Shown here: piece by piece, positions 11,032 through 21,344 of the stretch
Layout: every line of letters begins with the position of its first letter
Position numbering within the stretch: position 1 is the first letter of the stretch
DNA from: Granulicella sp.
GTDB taxonomy: Bacteria; Acidobacteriota; Terriglobia; Terriglobales; Acidobacteriaceae
DNA length: 64,000 nt
Assembly: GCA_027339965.1 (NCBI GenBank)
Contig: DAHWNL010000016.1
Coordinates: 58,148 to 122,147 of the forward strand
Direction of reading: 5' to 3'
Made by a program: the position numbers and the translations under genes
Notes under the pieces: generated by a model
Seen by the model: the letters and a program-made list of their open reading frames with translations, nothing else
Database searches by the model: none
Told to the model about the DNA's origin: nothing

Positions 11032-11217
11032 CTTCATCGTTCCGATGAGGCCCGTCCGCGCCATCCACCTGGAGTTGACGCGCGTCCGAGCCATCGGCCT
11101 GGAAGAGGTCAATGGATCCGCGCAGCGAGCCTGACCAAAGTGCCTTTCGGCCCCCCAGACAAGGATTCCAGAATTCTAAAGACGCGGAGCACGGCCATCG
11201 CGCTGGGCGTCAATGGC

Positions 11218-12450
11218 TCAAAAATCGGCCAACATCTCCGCCCGCGGATTCTGTGGATTCAACCGCTGCAACTCACGCAGAATCTCCTTGGAACGCTCAT
11301 CCTGCACCTGCGGCACAACGATCTTCACCTCCACAATCTGATCTCCGCGCAGCCCTTCGTGAGTCGCGCTCGCCACGCCCTTCTCGCGCATCCGGAGCTT
11401 CTGCCCGGTCTGCGTTCCGGGCGGAATCCTCAACGTGGCCCGTCCTGTCTCGGTTCCCACACCATCCACTGTGGGAACTTCGATCTTGGATCCCAGCGCG
11501 GCCTCCATCGCCGTCACCGGAACCGTGATATGGATGTCATCCCCAACCCGCCGAAAGAGTTTGTGGGCTCCCACCTTGATGATCAGATACAGGTCTCCAT
11601 TGGGAGCTCCCTCGGTGCCGACGTTGCCCTTGCCGGCCAGCCGGATTCTCTGCCCATCCCGCGTTCCCGGCTTGATGTTGAACTGCAGCGGCTCTTTGCG
11701 CGTTACTACGCCGGCTCCCGCGCAGGCGGGGCAGGCGTTCTGCACGCTGCCGCTACCGCCGCACCGCGGGCATTGGATGTTGAACTTCATCCTTCCGCCC
11801 ATCTGCGTCACTTGCCCGGCTCCATGACACTCCGGACACTGCATGCTCCCACCCGTCACCGCTTTTCCCTTGCAGGCCGGACACGGCTCCTGGCGATGAA
11901 TCTCCAGGCGAGTCACGCCGCCACGAATCGCCGTCCAGAAGTCGATCTCCACCTGATACTCAAGATCCGTCCCCGGCTGGGGTCCTCGCGCCTGCCTTCC
12001 GCGCCCTCCGAACATCCCCGAAAATACATCCCGGAAGCTGGAGCCGAAGCCCTCCGAAGACGCGGACGTCTTCCCTCCACCCTGAAACCCGGAAAAATCA
12101 AATCCCTCGAAGTCGAAGGGGGTACCCTGTGCACGCCCGGCGGCGCCGCCAAAACCCTGAAATCCGCCCGCGCCCGCACCACTCCGCGCATAAGCTTCGG
12201 CTGCGGAAGCGTCAATGTTGTCCGAGTAAAAGCCCACCTGATCATAGATCTTCCGCTTCTTCTCGTCGCTGAGCACATCGTTGGCCTCAGAGATTTCCTT
12301 GAACCGCTCTTCGGCTTTCTTGTCCCCGGGATTCACATCGGGGTGATACTTCCGGGCCAGCTTTCGGAACGCTTTGCGGATCTCATCGGCAGACGCCGTC
12401 TTTTTCACTCCCAGCGTGCTGTAGTAATCCTTGGTTTTGCTCCCTGCCAT
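11218..12450 (-). CDS. dnaJ: DnaJ chaperone (class A)
   Basis: J domain with HPD, G/F-rich region, four CxxCxG repeats, C-terminal domain. ATG 12450. Confidence 0.93.
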   Translation of the reverse strand: MAGSKTKDYYSTLGVKKTASADEIRKAFRKLARKYHPDVNPGDKKAEERFKEISEANDVLSDEKKRKIYDQVGFYSDNIDASAAEAYARSGAGAGGFQGFGGAAGRAQGTPFDFEGFDFSGFQGGGKTSASSEGFGSSFRDVFSGMFGGRGRQARGPQPGTDLEYQVEIDFWTAIRGGVTRLEIHRQEPCPACKGKAVTGGSMQCPECHGAGQVTQMGGRMKFNIQCPRCGGSGSVQNACPACAGAGVVTRKEPLQFNIKPGTRDGQRIRLAGKGNVGTEGAPNGDLYLIIKVGAHKLFRRVGDDIHITVPVTAMEAALGSKIEVPTVDGVGTETGRATLRIPPGTQTGQKLRMREKGVASATHEGLRGDQIVEVKIVVPQVQDERSKEILRELQRLNPQNPRAEMLADF

Positions 12451-12623
12451 CTTGCGCGTCCCTTCTATCGCTGCCCCAGCCTCCAACCCAGATCCTGCAA
12501 GCCGGTGTTGAGCTCGAGCATCACCGGTTCGCCGCAATCCATAGGCGCTTCCATCCCATCCGCCGGCACGCCGAGCAAATGTTCAACCGACCTGCGCGCC
12601 GGCTTCGGGTTGCCTGTCTTCGA

Positions 12624-12881
12624 TCAGTTCCAGACCGCGCTGGCTTTAATGGCTTCGACATTGAACGTCTGATCCGGCTCGATCCGCTGGATCCTCTCCA
12701 CAAAAGCCTCCGCCTCCTCGCGGGACGCAAACACGCTGCGCTGATACAACCGCCCGGCGCGCATCGCATCGCAGCGCCACAGCGTCTCCTGCGCGCGTAC
12801 CCTGGGATCGCCCAGGTCCCAACGTACCTCCACCGGCCATGGCTGACCCTCTCCCCAACCCTGTTGCCGATCCTCCGTCAT
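12624..12881 (-). CDS. Small hypothetical protein (85 aa)
   Basis: Strong SD (GGAGGTG) before ATG; protein-like composition; co-oriented between dnaK and dnaJ. Confidence 0.7.
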   Translation of the reverse strand: MTEDRQQGWGEGQPWPVEVRWDLGDPRVRAQETLWRCDAMRAGRLYQRSVFASREEAEAFVERIQRIEPDQTFNVEAIKASAVWN

Positions 12882-13001
12882 CCCTTCACCTCCATCCTGA
12901 TGAACACTCCGCTATACCCCTTGGCGCTTCCGGGTTCCGAGCCTCTAGTCCCGCGGGCCTGCAGGTTTCAGCGCCAACCGATGGCTCCATGAGCCGGCCT
13001 G

Positions 13002-13040
13002 AAGAATGAGGAGGAGCCAGAAGAAACCCTCCTCATCCTT
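13002..13040 (-). terminator. Stem-loop downstream of dnaK
   Basis: AAGAATGAGGAGG...CCTCCTCATCCTT inverted repeat about 30 bp after the dnaK stop; weak U-tract. Confidence 0.55.
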
Positions 13041-13067
13041 TGCATCAGGCATTGACACCGTGGCTGC

Positions 13068-14975
13068 TTACTTCTCCGCATCGACATACTCCGCGTCGAT
13101 CACGCCTTCGTCCTTCTTGGCCTCTTGCGCGGCCCCCGCCGGGGCTGCTCCCCCATCACCCGGCGCGGCGGCATTGGCCTTGTAGACCGCCTCGGCCAGC
13201 TTGTGGCTCGCCGCGGTCAACTTCTCCTTTGCGGCATTCAACTCGGCAGCGCCGGCGTCTCCGCCAAGTACGCCCTTGGCCTCCGCCAGGGCCGACTCCA
13301 CCTCTCCCTTGTCCGCGGCCGCAACCTTCTCTCCGCTTTCCTTCAGCATCTTTTCGATGTTGTAGACCAGGGAGTCAAGCTGATTCCGCGCCTCAATCTT
13401 CTCCTTGACCTCCCGATCCTCGGCCGCATGCGCCTCGGCTTCCTTCGCCATCCGCTCCACCTCTTCCTTGCTCAGACCAGAAGAGCTGGTTATGGTGATC
13501 TTGGCGTCCTTACCCGTGGCGTTGTCCTTGGCATGCACGTTCAAAATGCCGTTGGCGTCGATGTCAAAGGTCACCTCAATCTGCGGCACGCCGCGCGGAG
13601 CCGGCATGATGCCGCCCAGCTTGAACTTGCCCAGCGTCCGGTTCTGCGCCGCCATCGGCCGCTCGCCCTGCATCACGTGCACTTCAACCTCGGTCTGGTT
13701 ATCGGCTGCGGTGGAGAAGACCTCGGTCTTCTTGGTCGGAATCGTCGTATTGCGCGCAATCATGCTGGTCGCCACCCCGCCCAGGGTCTCAATCGACAGG
13801 GTCAGCGGCGTCACATCCAGCAGCAGCAGATCTTTCACGTCGCCGGCCAGCACACCCGCCTGCACCGCGGCGCCAACCGCCACCACTTCGTCCGGATTCA
13901 CTCCCTTGTGCGGCTCCTTGCCAAACAGCTTCTTTACCAGCTCCTGGATCGCCGGCATGCGCGTCTGGCCGCCCACCAACACCACCTCCTGGATCTTGCC
14001 CGCGTCCACGCCGGCATCCTTCATCGCCTGCTTGCACGGACCCACCGACTTCTCCAGAAGATCGGCCACAAGTTGCTCCAACTTGGCGCGGCTCAGGGTG
14101 CGCACCAGGTGCTTGGGTCCGCTGGCGTCCGCCGTCACAAACGGCAGATTGATCTCCGTCTCCTGCGCCGTGGACAGCTCAATCTTGGCTCTCTCCGCGG
14201 CATCCTTCAGGCGCTGTAGCGCCATCTCGTTGCCCTTGGCCGTCAGATCCAGGCCAGTCTCGGTCTTGAACTCCGCAATCAGCCAGTCCACAATCCGCTG
14301 ATCCAGATTGTCGCCGCCAAGATGGGTGTCGCCGTTGGTCGACTTCACCTCGATCACCCCGTCGCCCACCTCCAAAATCGAGATGTCAAAGGTGCCCCCG
14401 CCAAAGTCGTAGACAGCGATGGTCTCGTCCTTCTTCTTGTCCAACCCGTAGGCCAGCGCCGCCGCCGTGGGTTCATTCACGATGCGCTTCACATCCAGAC
14501 CGGCGATCTTGCCCGCATCCTTGGTTGCCTGCCGCTGCGCATCGTTGAAGTACGCCGGAACCGTGATCACCGCTTCCGTCACCGGCTGTCCCAGGTAGTC
14601 CTCGGCCGCCTTCTTCAGCTTTTGCAGGATCATCGCCGAGACCTCAGGAGCCGTGTACTCCTTGCCCTGCGCCACCACCGCCACGTTGTCGCCCTTGGGC
14701 ACCACCCTGTAGGGCACCATCTTCATCTCATCGCTCACCTCGCCCAGCCGGCGGCCCATGAAGCGCTTGATCGAATAGATGGTGTTCTCCGGATTGGTGA
14801 TCGCCTGGCGCTTGGCGACCATACCCACCAGCCGCTCTCCATTCTTAGTAAACGCAACAATGGACGGCGTCGTCCGCCCACCCTCTTCGTTGGGAATCAC
14901 CTTGGGCTCTCCACCCTCCATCACCGCCACGCAGCTGTTCGTGGTTCCCAGATCAATTCCAATAATCTTTCCCAT
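13068..14975 (-). CDS. dnaK: Molecular chaperone DnaK
   Basis: [35 protein letters not shown] and C-terminal DAEY motifs. Confidence 0.98.
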   Translation of the reverse strand: MGKIIGIDLGTTNSCVAVMEGGEPKVIPNEEGGRTTPSIVAFTKNGERLVGMVAKRQAITNPENTIYSIKRFMGRRLGEVSDEMKMVPYRVVPKGDNVAVVAQGKEYTAPEVSAMILQKLKKAAEDYLGQPVTEAVITVPAYFNDAQRQATKDAGKIAGLDVKRIVNEPTAAALAYGLDKKKDETIAVYDFGGGTFDISILEVGDGVIEVKSTNGDTHLGGDNLDQRIVDWLIAEFKTETGLDLTAKGNEMALQRLKDAAERAKIELSTAQETEINLPFVTADASGPKHLVRTLSRAKLEQLVADLLEKSVGPCKQAMKDAGVDAGKIQEVVLVGGQTRMPAIQELVKKLFGKEPHKGVNPDEVVAVGAAVQAGVLAGDVKDLLLLDVTPLTLSIETLGGVATSMIARNTTIPTKKTEVFSTAADNQTEVEVHVMQGERPMAAQNRTLGKFKLGGIMPAPRGVPQIEVTFDIDANGILNVHAKDNATGKDAKITITSSSGLSKEEVERMAKEAEAHAAEDREVKEKIEARNQLDSLVYNIEKMLKESGEKVAAADKGEVESALAEAKGVLGGDAGAAELNAAKEKLTAASHKLAEAVYKANAAAPGDGGAAPAGAAQEAKKDEGVIDAEYVDAEK

Positions 14976-15010
14976 ATCCCTGTCCATCCTTGAAGGCGGT
15001 CCGCCCAAAT

Positions 15011-15057
15011 CTCGACTAACTCACTCTAGCTTCCCATCTGAGTGACTTATTGTCAAA
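15011..15057 (-). promoter_or_regulatory. HAIR-like (HspR operator) inverted repeats and a TTGACA hexamer upstream of dnaK
   Basis: TCTGAGT-N7-TGTCAAA at 15037-15057 against consensus CTTGAGT-N7-ACTCAAG; a second degenerate site at 15011-15029; minus-strand TTGACA at 15051-15056. Confidence 0.5.
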
Positions 15058-15195
15058 TTTTATGATGAGAAATCTCCCTCCGAAGTTGCAAAAACTCCGG
15101 CCAGAGCCCCCACCACTTCCAAATCCTTCCCCGCGCGCTGCAACTCTGTACCCATCCGGACGGAAGCAGGCATGGACCGTCCCGAACCGTGGTAC

Positions 15196-16476
15196 TCAAT
15201 CTCCTGGCTTGCGCCCCAACGTCAAAAAGTATCCCAGCAGCAGCAGCGACGCCAGAGCACCCATCACCGCCTCGGTTCCGGGCAATCCCCTGACGCCAAA
15301 TCGGCTCCCGCCCCACCCGTCCAGCGCGAGCATGTACACCACCGGCACGTTTCCCATCGAGTTGATAATGGCATAACGGCTGCTCCCACTCTTGCCGGAG
15401 CTGCCGAGAAACTCCAGCACCACGGCAGTAAACATCGCATAGCCCATGCCGACCGTCAGCAGATAAAGCGCAACCCCAACATAATAAGTATCTTGCCGCA
15501 ATGGACCCAGAGAAAGCACCGCCAGCGTCGCGGCGTTTGCCAGGGCTACTGTCAGATAGGCCACTGAGGCTCGAATCCGCGCCGGGATCAACGTTGCCGC
15601 CAGCGACCCGGCAGCCATCAACAACGCTCCGCCCAGCCCATTCATCCACGCCACCTGTTGTCCGCCCACGCCATACCTCCGTGCGACACCCGTCAGCAGC
15701 CCAACCGCCGCCCCGGTGGCCAGCGGAGAGAGCATCAACACGGTGTACGGCAGGGCGCGCCAGTTGAAAAAGGTTCCGTGAAACTCCTCCCAGATCCGGC
15801 GCAGCGTGCGCCCGATGCCGTGCTCAACTAACAGTTCCTGCCGAGGCGCCGCCAGGGCAAAGAACGCCGGCGCCACAATCAGGAGCCCGGCGACCCAAGG
15901 GATCCTTGCCTCTTCTCCACGCTCCCGGAGCATCAGCAGCACCAGCACCGATGCCGCGCCAAACCCCAGTCCTCCGCCCTGGTAAAACCCTCCAGCCACG
16001 CGTTTGGCACGCTCGTTCCGCAACGCTCCCAACATTCCGCCACAACTGGAGACCACCAACTGCGCCGCACAGGCGCTGAAGAACATCAACGCCACTGAGA
16101 TGCGGCCATCCAGCCGCCGCTGTTGCAACGCCAGCACCATCCCCAATGCGGCCGCAACGGAACTGATCAGAAGCCAGGTTCTGCGCCGCACCAGAAAATC
16201 GGTGATCGGGCTCCACAAAAAATAGATCGTCGTCGGCAGGGCGAGCAAAGAGATGATCTGCGACGCGCGCAGCTCCGGAACTCCCTGGCGGCTCAACAGA
16301 AACGCCAGAGCTCCGCCTTGGAGTACCCCGTTGGCAACCACCGCGACCGGGGCCACCAGCAGCCCGAACAACCACGGTCGCTCCCGCGGCCAAACCGCAT
16401 CTGCCGCCGCCGTTCCGGACTGCTCCAGCGCGCGCGCCGCAACCCCATCTTCTGCCGGATCTTCCATCTCCCGCAT
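15196..16476 (-). CDS. MFS transporter (AmpG-like)
   Basis: About 12 hydrophobic segments; FLWSPITD...RRRTWL loop. Start uncertain. Confidence 0.8.
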   Translation of the reverse strand: MREMEDPAEDGVAARALEQSGTAAADAVWPRERPWLFGLLVAPVAVVANGVLQGGALAFLLSRQGVPELRASQIISLLALPTTIYFLWSPITDFLVRRRTWLLISSVAAALGMVLALQQRRLDGRISVALMFFSACAAQLVVSSCGGMLGALRNERAKRVAGGFYQGGGLGFGAASVLVLLMLRERGEEARIPWVAGLLIVAPAFFALAAPRQELLVEHGIGRTLRRIWEEFHGTFFNWRALPYTVLMLSPLATGAAVGLLTGVARRYGVGGQQVAWMNGLGGALLMAAGSLAATLIPARIRASVAYLTVALANAATLAVLSLGPLRQDTYYVGVALYLLTVGMGYAMFTAVVLEFLGSSGKSGSSRYAIINSMGNVPVVYMLALDGWGGSRFGVRGLPGTEAVMGALASLLLLGYFLTLGRKPGD

Positions 16477-16568
16477 CGCTGAGATGCTACCATCTCCTCC
16501 CGGTCTTCTCTTTCCATCTTCTCTTCTCGTCATTGACGCACGCCTCGGAAGTTACTAGGCTGTGCCCA

Positions 16569-17891
16569 ATGGCTTCGGACAAGATGATCCCCGCATCGGC
16601 CCCGGGTGACGCTCCGGGAGGTTCCAGCACCGCATCTCGCCAGGTCTCCTCAACCCACCCCCAGCCCCCCGGCTCCGGCCCATCGGCTCCCAGGGCACGG
16701 CGCGACGCCGCTCTGGATGGACTTCGCGGGCTGGCCGTATTGATGGTCTTCCTCTTCCACTACGGAGGCGGCTTGCAATCCTCCCGGCCCGCAGTCCATC
16801 TCTTCGGACTGTTCACCCAGGCAGGCTGGCTGGGGGTGGTTCTCTTCTTCGCGCTCTCCGGCTTTCTCATCACCGGCAGCCTGTGGGATACCGTCGCCCA
16901 GGGGCACCACCTGCGCAACTTTTACGCTCGCCGCGCCCTGCGCATTCTGCCCATCTACAGCCTTGCCCTGCTGGCCGCCGCCGGCGCCGCTCTGCTCCGT
17001 GGCGCCACCCTGGCTCAACTCAAGCCGTTTGCCATCTTTGCCTTCTTTCTTCAGAATCTTCCTCATCTGGCCGCCGCCGCCATACAAAACCCCTCCCCTC
17101 TGCCCCTCTATCACTTTTGGACCCTGGCCGTGGAGGAGCAGTTCTATCTCCTCTGGCCACTTATCCTGCTCTTCGCCCACAGCCGCCGCCATGCTCTTCG
17201 CCTCAGCCTCTGGTTCTTCGCCATCACCCTGTTCTTTCTGCTCTCCATCTACGCCATGCCGGCCTTTGCCGGAGTCCGCGCCCATCACCTCTTCGACTAC
17301 TTCCTGCTCACCCAGAGCGGCGCCATCGCCCTGGGCTGCGCGGCCTCTCTGGCCATGGGTAGCCGCTACAGTCCCAGCGGTCGCAAGCCCGGAACTCACC
17401 GGCTGATCCGGAAGTACGCCCTGCCCGGGTTCTTCACTGGATCCGCCATCTATCTCTACACCAGCTACCTCTCCGGAAGTCTCTACCTCACCGATCCACT
17501 CCAGTTCTGGCTCGGACTACCCGCCATAAGCGTTGCGGCCGCAGCCTCCATCCCTCTGGTCCTTCGCCCCGGGCTTCTGCGCCGGATCTTTTCCAATCCG
17601 CTGCTTGGATGGATGGGCCGCATCAGTTACGGCTTCTACGTCTACCACATCCTGCTTCAGCCGCTGTTTGACAATCTGGGCGCCCATTACAGCCACCAGA
17701 CCACCGGGAACGACTATCACATCGTCCGCGCCCTGTTCGCCCTTTTGATCACCTGCATCGTCTCCTGGCTCTCTTTCACCTTCTTTGAGCAACCCATCCT
17801 CTCCCTCAAGAGATACTTCCCCCTGTCTCCCGCTTTGCCTTGGGGAGAGCCCCTTCCGGAGACCCACCGCTCGCACCGTCATCCAATCTGA
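16569..17891 (+). CDS. Acyltransferase family 3 (OafA-like) membrane protein
   Basis: LDGLRGLAV, FFALSGFLI, RRALRILP, WTLAVEEQFY and GRISYGFYVYH motifs. Confidence 0.92.
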   Translation: MASDKMIPASAPGDAPGGSSTASRQVSSTHPQPPGSGPSAPRARRDAALDGLRGLAVLMVFLFHYGGGLQSSRPAVHLFGLFTQAGWLGVVLFFALSGFLITGSLWDTVAQGHHLRNFYARRALRILPIYSLALLAAAGAALLRGATLAQLKPFAIFAFFLQNLPHLAAAAIQNPSPLPLYHFWTLAVEEQFYLLWPLILLFAHSRRHALRLSLWFFAITLFFLLSIYAMPAFAGVRAHHLFDYFLLTQSGAIALGCAASLAMGSRYSPSGRKPGTHRLIRKYALPGFFTGSAIYLYTSYLSGSLYLTDPLQFWLGLPAISVAAAASIPLVLRPGLLRRIFSNPLLGWMGRISYGFYVYHILLQPLFDNLGAHYSHQTTGNDYHIVRALFALLITCIVSWLSFTFFEQPILSLKRYFPLSPALPWGEPLPETHRSHRHPI

Positions 17892-18050
17892 ATACGGTAC
17901 GAAGATTAAACTGGTGCCTTCGCCTTCCCTGAAACATCCAATCGTTGAATAGCAAAGCTGGGTGAGAGCCGATCCGTCCTGCGTGAACCTGTCTTCACCT
18001 GCCAGACATGACCCGGAACCTTCTGCCAGAGAGTTGAGAATTCGTCCAAC

Positions 18051-19637
18051 ATGGCCACCGCTACCGCCCCCGGCCCCGACATCCAAAGTGAGGTTACGCA
18101 TGGCTTCAATCCCTGGTGGATCGCGGCCGCCGTCATGCTGGCCACCTTCATGGAGGTACTGGACACATCGATCGCCTCGGTTGCTCTTCCCTATATCGCG
18201 GGCTCTCTTTCGGCCTCCACAGACGAGGCTACCTGGGTTCTTACCAGCTATCTGGTCTCCAATGCTATCTTCCTGCCAGCTTCCAACTGGCTCTCGCTCA
18301 AGTTCGGACGCAAGAACTTCCTGATGACCTGTGTGGCCATCTTCACTTTGTCCAGCTTCGCCTGCGGAGCAGCCCCCTCGCTGGCCCTTCTGCTGCTCTT
18401 CCGGGTCATCCAAGGTGCCGGCGGCGGGGCTTTACAGCCCATCTCTCAAGCTGTGCTGCTGGAGAGCTTCCCTCCCATCAAACGTGGGGCAGCCATGGCC
18501 GTCTTTGCCCTGGGCGTGGTGGTAGCTCCCGTTCTCGGCCCCACCCTCGGCGGCTGGCTCACCGACACCTACTCCTGGCGCTACGCCTTCTACATCAATA
18601 TCCCCGTCGGCATCTTGGCCCTGTACATGATCAACCGGTACATCCATGATCCGTCCTACATCCGCAACGCCAAGGTCTCTCGCTTCGACAGCCTCGGCTT
18701 CGGATCCCTGGTGATCTGGGTCGGCTGTCTGCAGGTGATTCTGGATAAAGGCCAGGAGTCAGACTGGTTCGGCGCCATATGGATCCGCTGGGCCTTCGCC
18801 GTCATGGTCATCGCCCTGGTCATCTTCATCTATCAGTCGTTTTGGGGCAAGCAGCCCCTGGTGAATCTGCGCGTTCTCAAGGACCGCAACTTCCTGGTGG
18901 GCTTCAGCCTCATCTTCCTCTTTGGCATCGCCATCTACTCCACCATCGTCATCCTTCCCCTCTTCTATCAGGAATTGATCGGCTACACCGCCTACACCGC
19001 CGGCCTGGTGGTGGCTCCGCGCGGCCTGGGAGCCATCCTGGCCATGCCCGTGATCGGCTATCTCTCCAACAAGGTGGACGCTCGCCGCCTGCTCACCTTC
19101 GGCTTTGTCACCTTTGGCCTCACCAGCTTGTACTTTGGCTCCATCACCCTGGGAATCTCACCCTGGACGCTTTTTCTCCCCATCCTGATCACCGGCTTCG
19201 GTCTCAGCTTCGTCTTCGTGCCCATCAACACCGCCGCCTATGGCAAACTCGCCAACGAGCAGATCGGCAATGCCAGCGGGCTCTTCAACCTGATGCGAAA
19301 CGTCGGCGGCTCCATCGGCATCTCCATCGCCACCACGCTGCTGACTCGCCGGACCGACGCCCACCAGAATGAGCTCACTAACTACATCCCGCAGTCGGGC
19401 GCAGCCTTCCAGCACTCCCTGCACGTCACCAAAGACTTCCTCAAAGCCTACTTCGGCTCCGCCAATGCAGAACACGCCGCACGCTTCACGCTCTATCAGC
19501 AACTCAACCAGCAGGCCTCCTACTGGGCCTTTATCGATGTCTTCCGCTGGACCTCCCTGCTCAGCTTCGCCTGCGTCATCGTGGTCTGGTTCTTCCAGCG
19601 CGTCAAACCAGGCCGAGGGCCATCCGGAGCCCACTAA
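18051..19637 (+). CDS. DHA2-family (EmrB/QacA) MFS efflux permease
   Basis: LDTSIASVALP, WVLTSYL, GPTLGGWL and FYINIPVG motifs; 14-TM pattern. Confidence 0.93.
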   Translation: MATATAPGPDIQSEVTHGFNPWWIAAAVMLATFMEVLDTSIASVALPYIAGSLSASTDEATWVLTSYLVSNAIFLPASNWLSLKFGRKNFLMTCVAIFTLSSFACGAAPSLALLLLFRVIQGAGGGALQPISQAVLLESFPPIKRGAAMAVFALGVVVAPVLGPTLGGWLTDTYSWRYAFYINIPVGILALYMINRYIHDPSYIRNAKVSRFDSLGFGSLVIWVGCLQVILDKGQESDWFGAIWIRWAFAVMVIALVIFIYQSFWGKQPLVNLRVLKDRNFLVGFSLIFLFGIAIYSTIVILPLFYQELIGYTAYTAGLVVAPRGLGAILAMPVIGYLSNKVDARRLLTFGFVTFGLTSLYFGSITLGISPWTLFLPILITGFGLSFVFVPINTAAYGKLANEQIGNASGLFNLMRNVGGSIGISIATTLLTRRTDAHQNELTNYIPQSGAAFQHSLHVTKDFLKAYFGSANAEHAARFTLYQQLNQQASYWAFIDVFRWTSLLSFACVIVVWFFQRVKPGRGPSGAH

Positions 19638-19749
19638 AGCAGTTTCAGTGCAGGTGTATCCAACGCCTGGACGTCTATGGGCGTTTTCCCCAATGAAAAC
19701 GCCACTGCAAGCCCTCTTTGGGACACCCATCAACACTGAAAATGCTATA
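19635..19749. mobile_element. Palindromic MITE-like element, copy 2
   Basis: TA-flanked; AAGCAGTTTCAGTG...CACTGAAAATGCTA inverted ends; same internal hairpin as 7686-7803. Confidence 0.75.
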
Positions 19750-19863
19750 GAGGCTTGCCGAAAGGGGCGTAGGCACAGCTACAAACGGGGCGGAAAATCC
19801 GGCACGCAGGAACCCACGCGGCGTCTTTGCGGAAGCTCTGTCCCTAACCCATTCCGAGACCCA

Positions 19864-21147
19864 TCAGTTGGTCAATCGTCCCTTATAGGCCCACAGCCCC
19901 AATGCCGGATTCGAGATGTAAAAGATCTCCTCGCCATCCAACACGTTCCAGCCGTCGGCCAGCTTGCCCGGATCGTACTTCGCCGTGTACTCCGCCAGAT
20001 CTCCATAGGCAAAGTGCACCCCTTCGACCTCGGACCGGGTGAGGTGTCCCGGGCAGTAGCGAACCTTGAACCGGCCCTCGCTGGAGCCGTGGATCAGATG
20101 CGCCGCGGCGCTCAGGTTGGCCGCCAGCTCCGGATCACTCTTCACCGCCTCCAGCGTCGCCGGCGTCCCGCAGTACCCGTAGCGTCGAATCAGCCCATCG
20201 ATGGTCTTGTCCTCACCGAACCGATCCAGGCCAGGGGCCAGCACGATCAACTCCGCATCATCTGCCAAGGCCATCCGCGTCCGGTACACGCTCTTGTTGC
20301 CCAGCCAAGTGGTATGAAACTCATGCGGATCCAGAAACACCACAGCCTTGTTGATCTCTCGATCCATCATCAGGAAGTTGCACTGCAGACTCAAGGCTGC
20401 CGCCCGCTCAAAGCACTCCGCATCGTCCCCGATGAATAGACCTCGGATGACCAAATCGCCGGCATCGTTCTTGTTCACCACCGTCTGCACATAGACGATC
20501 TGCGGCATCTTCTCCCCAAAATGCTCACCGGCATAGTTCAGCACCCTCCGCACCGGAGTGTCCGCCCTCCCCATCATGCGCTCCATGCCATACACCGCGC
20601 CTAGAAAGTGCGAGCGATGAATCCCCATGACCCCGCCCGTGCCGACAAAGATATTCTTGTTTCCGTTGGCCATCCCCACCACCTCATGCGGCACCACCTG
20701 TCCAATCGACAGAATCAGATCGTGGCCGCCAGGCTTCTTCACCAGCAGCTTGTTCACCTGCGCCGGCCAGGAGTAGCTTAGCTTTCCTTCGCTCACCAGA
20801 TGCACAAACTCCCCAGGCACCTCCCCCAGGGTCACGATGTCATTGCGCCAGTCATGCACCCGAAACAGGCTGCGCGGGATCCTGCCAAACATCTTGCTGA
20901 TCTGGGCATCGGTCATCGCCACATGGGTGCCCAGCGCCGGCAGCACATCCGTCATGGCATCGCCGTAAAACTCCCAGGCCATCTCGGTCAGATCGCCGGC
21001 CTTGGAGTGAAAGCGGGTAAAATCCGGCGGCACCGCCAGCACCTTCTTCCGTTTGCCCAGCTTGCCCAATCCTTCCAACAGGCCGGCCCGAGCCTCCGCT
21101 GCGCTCATCTCCGTCTCTGCCGAACCTGCTGCAAAAAATAGACTCAT
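19864..21147 (-). CDS. Lactate racemase (LarA/DUF2088) superfamily protein, probable alpha-hydroxyacid/sugar-acid epimerase
   Basis: PDFTR, LGTH, PHEVVGMANGNK and SH motifs line up with the LarA D-x-T-R, GTH, H...K and His positions. Confidence 0.82.
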   Translation of the reverse strand: MSLFFAAGSAETEMSAAEARAGLLEGLGKLGKRKKVLAVPPDFTRFHSKAGDLTEMAWEFYGDAMTDVLPALGTHVAMTDAQISKMFGRIPRSLFRVHDWRNDIVTLGEVPGEFVHLVSEGKLSYSWPAQVNKLLVKKPGGHDLILSIGQVVPHEVVGMANGNKNIFVGTGGVMGIHRSHFLGAVYGMERMMGRADTPVRRVLNYAGEHFGEKMPQIVYVQTVVNKNDAGDLVIRGLFIGDDAECFERAAALSLQCNFLMMDREINKAVVFLDPHEFHTTWLGNKSVYRTRMALADDAELIVLAPGLDRFGEDKTIDGLIRRYGYCGTPATLEAVKSDPELAANLSAAAHLIHGSSEGRFKVRYCPGHLTRSEVEGVHFAYGDLAEYTAKYDPGKLADGWNVLDGEEIFYISNPALGLWAYKGRLTN

Positions 21148-21344
21148 GCTTGCTCACCTTCGCCGCCAAGCATTGGGTGGCTTGTGGTCTGACCTTTCAG
21201 GCTTCCATTCTGTAAGCATACCCCTGCGGGCAACAACTGATAAAGTGAGAGCAGGTCAGCCGTCTCTTCCTGGAATAGCATCGCATTGACCGGCTGATCT
21301 TTGCACTTTGCCGCCCTGCAGGAGAACCTGAACGGAGCCGTTCT

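Noticed and set aside
13125..14993. Long plus-strand ORFs antisense to dnaK (and 11140-12672 antisense to dnaJ)
   Set aside because: Shadow ORFs caused by high-GC codon bias; the dnaK antisense frame is a known source of false annotations.
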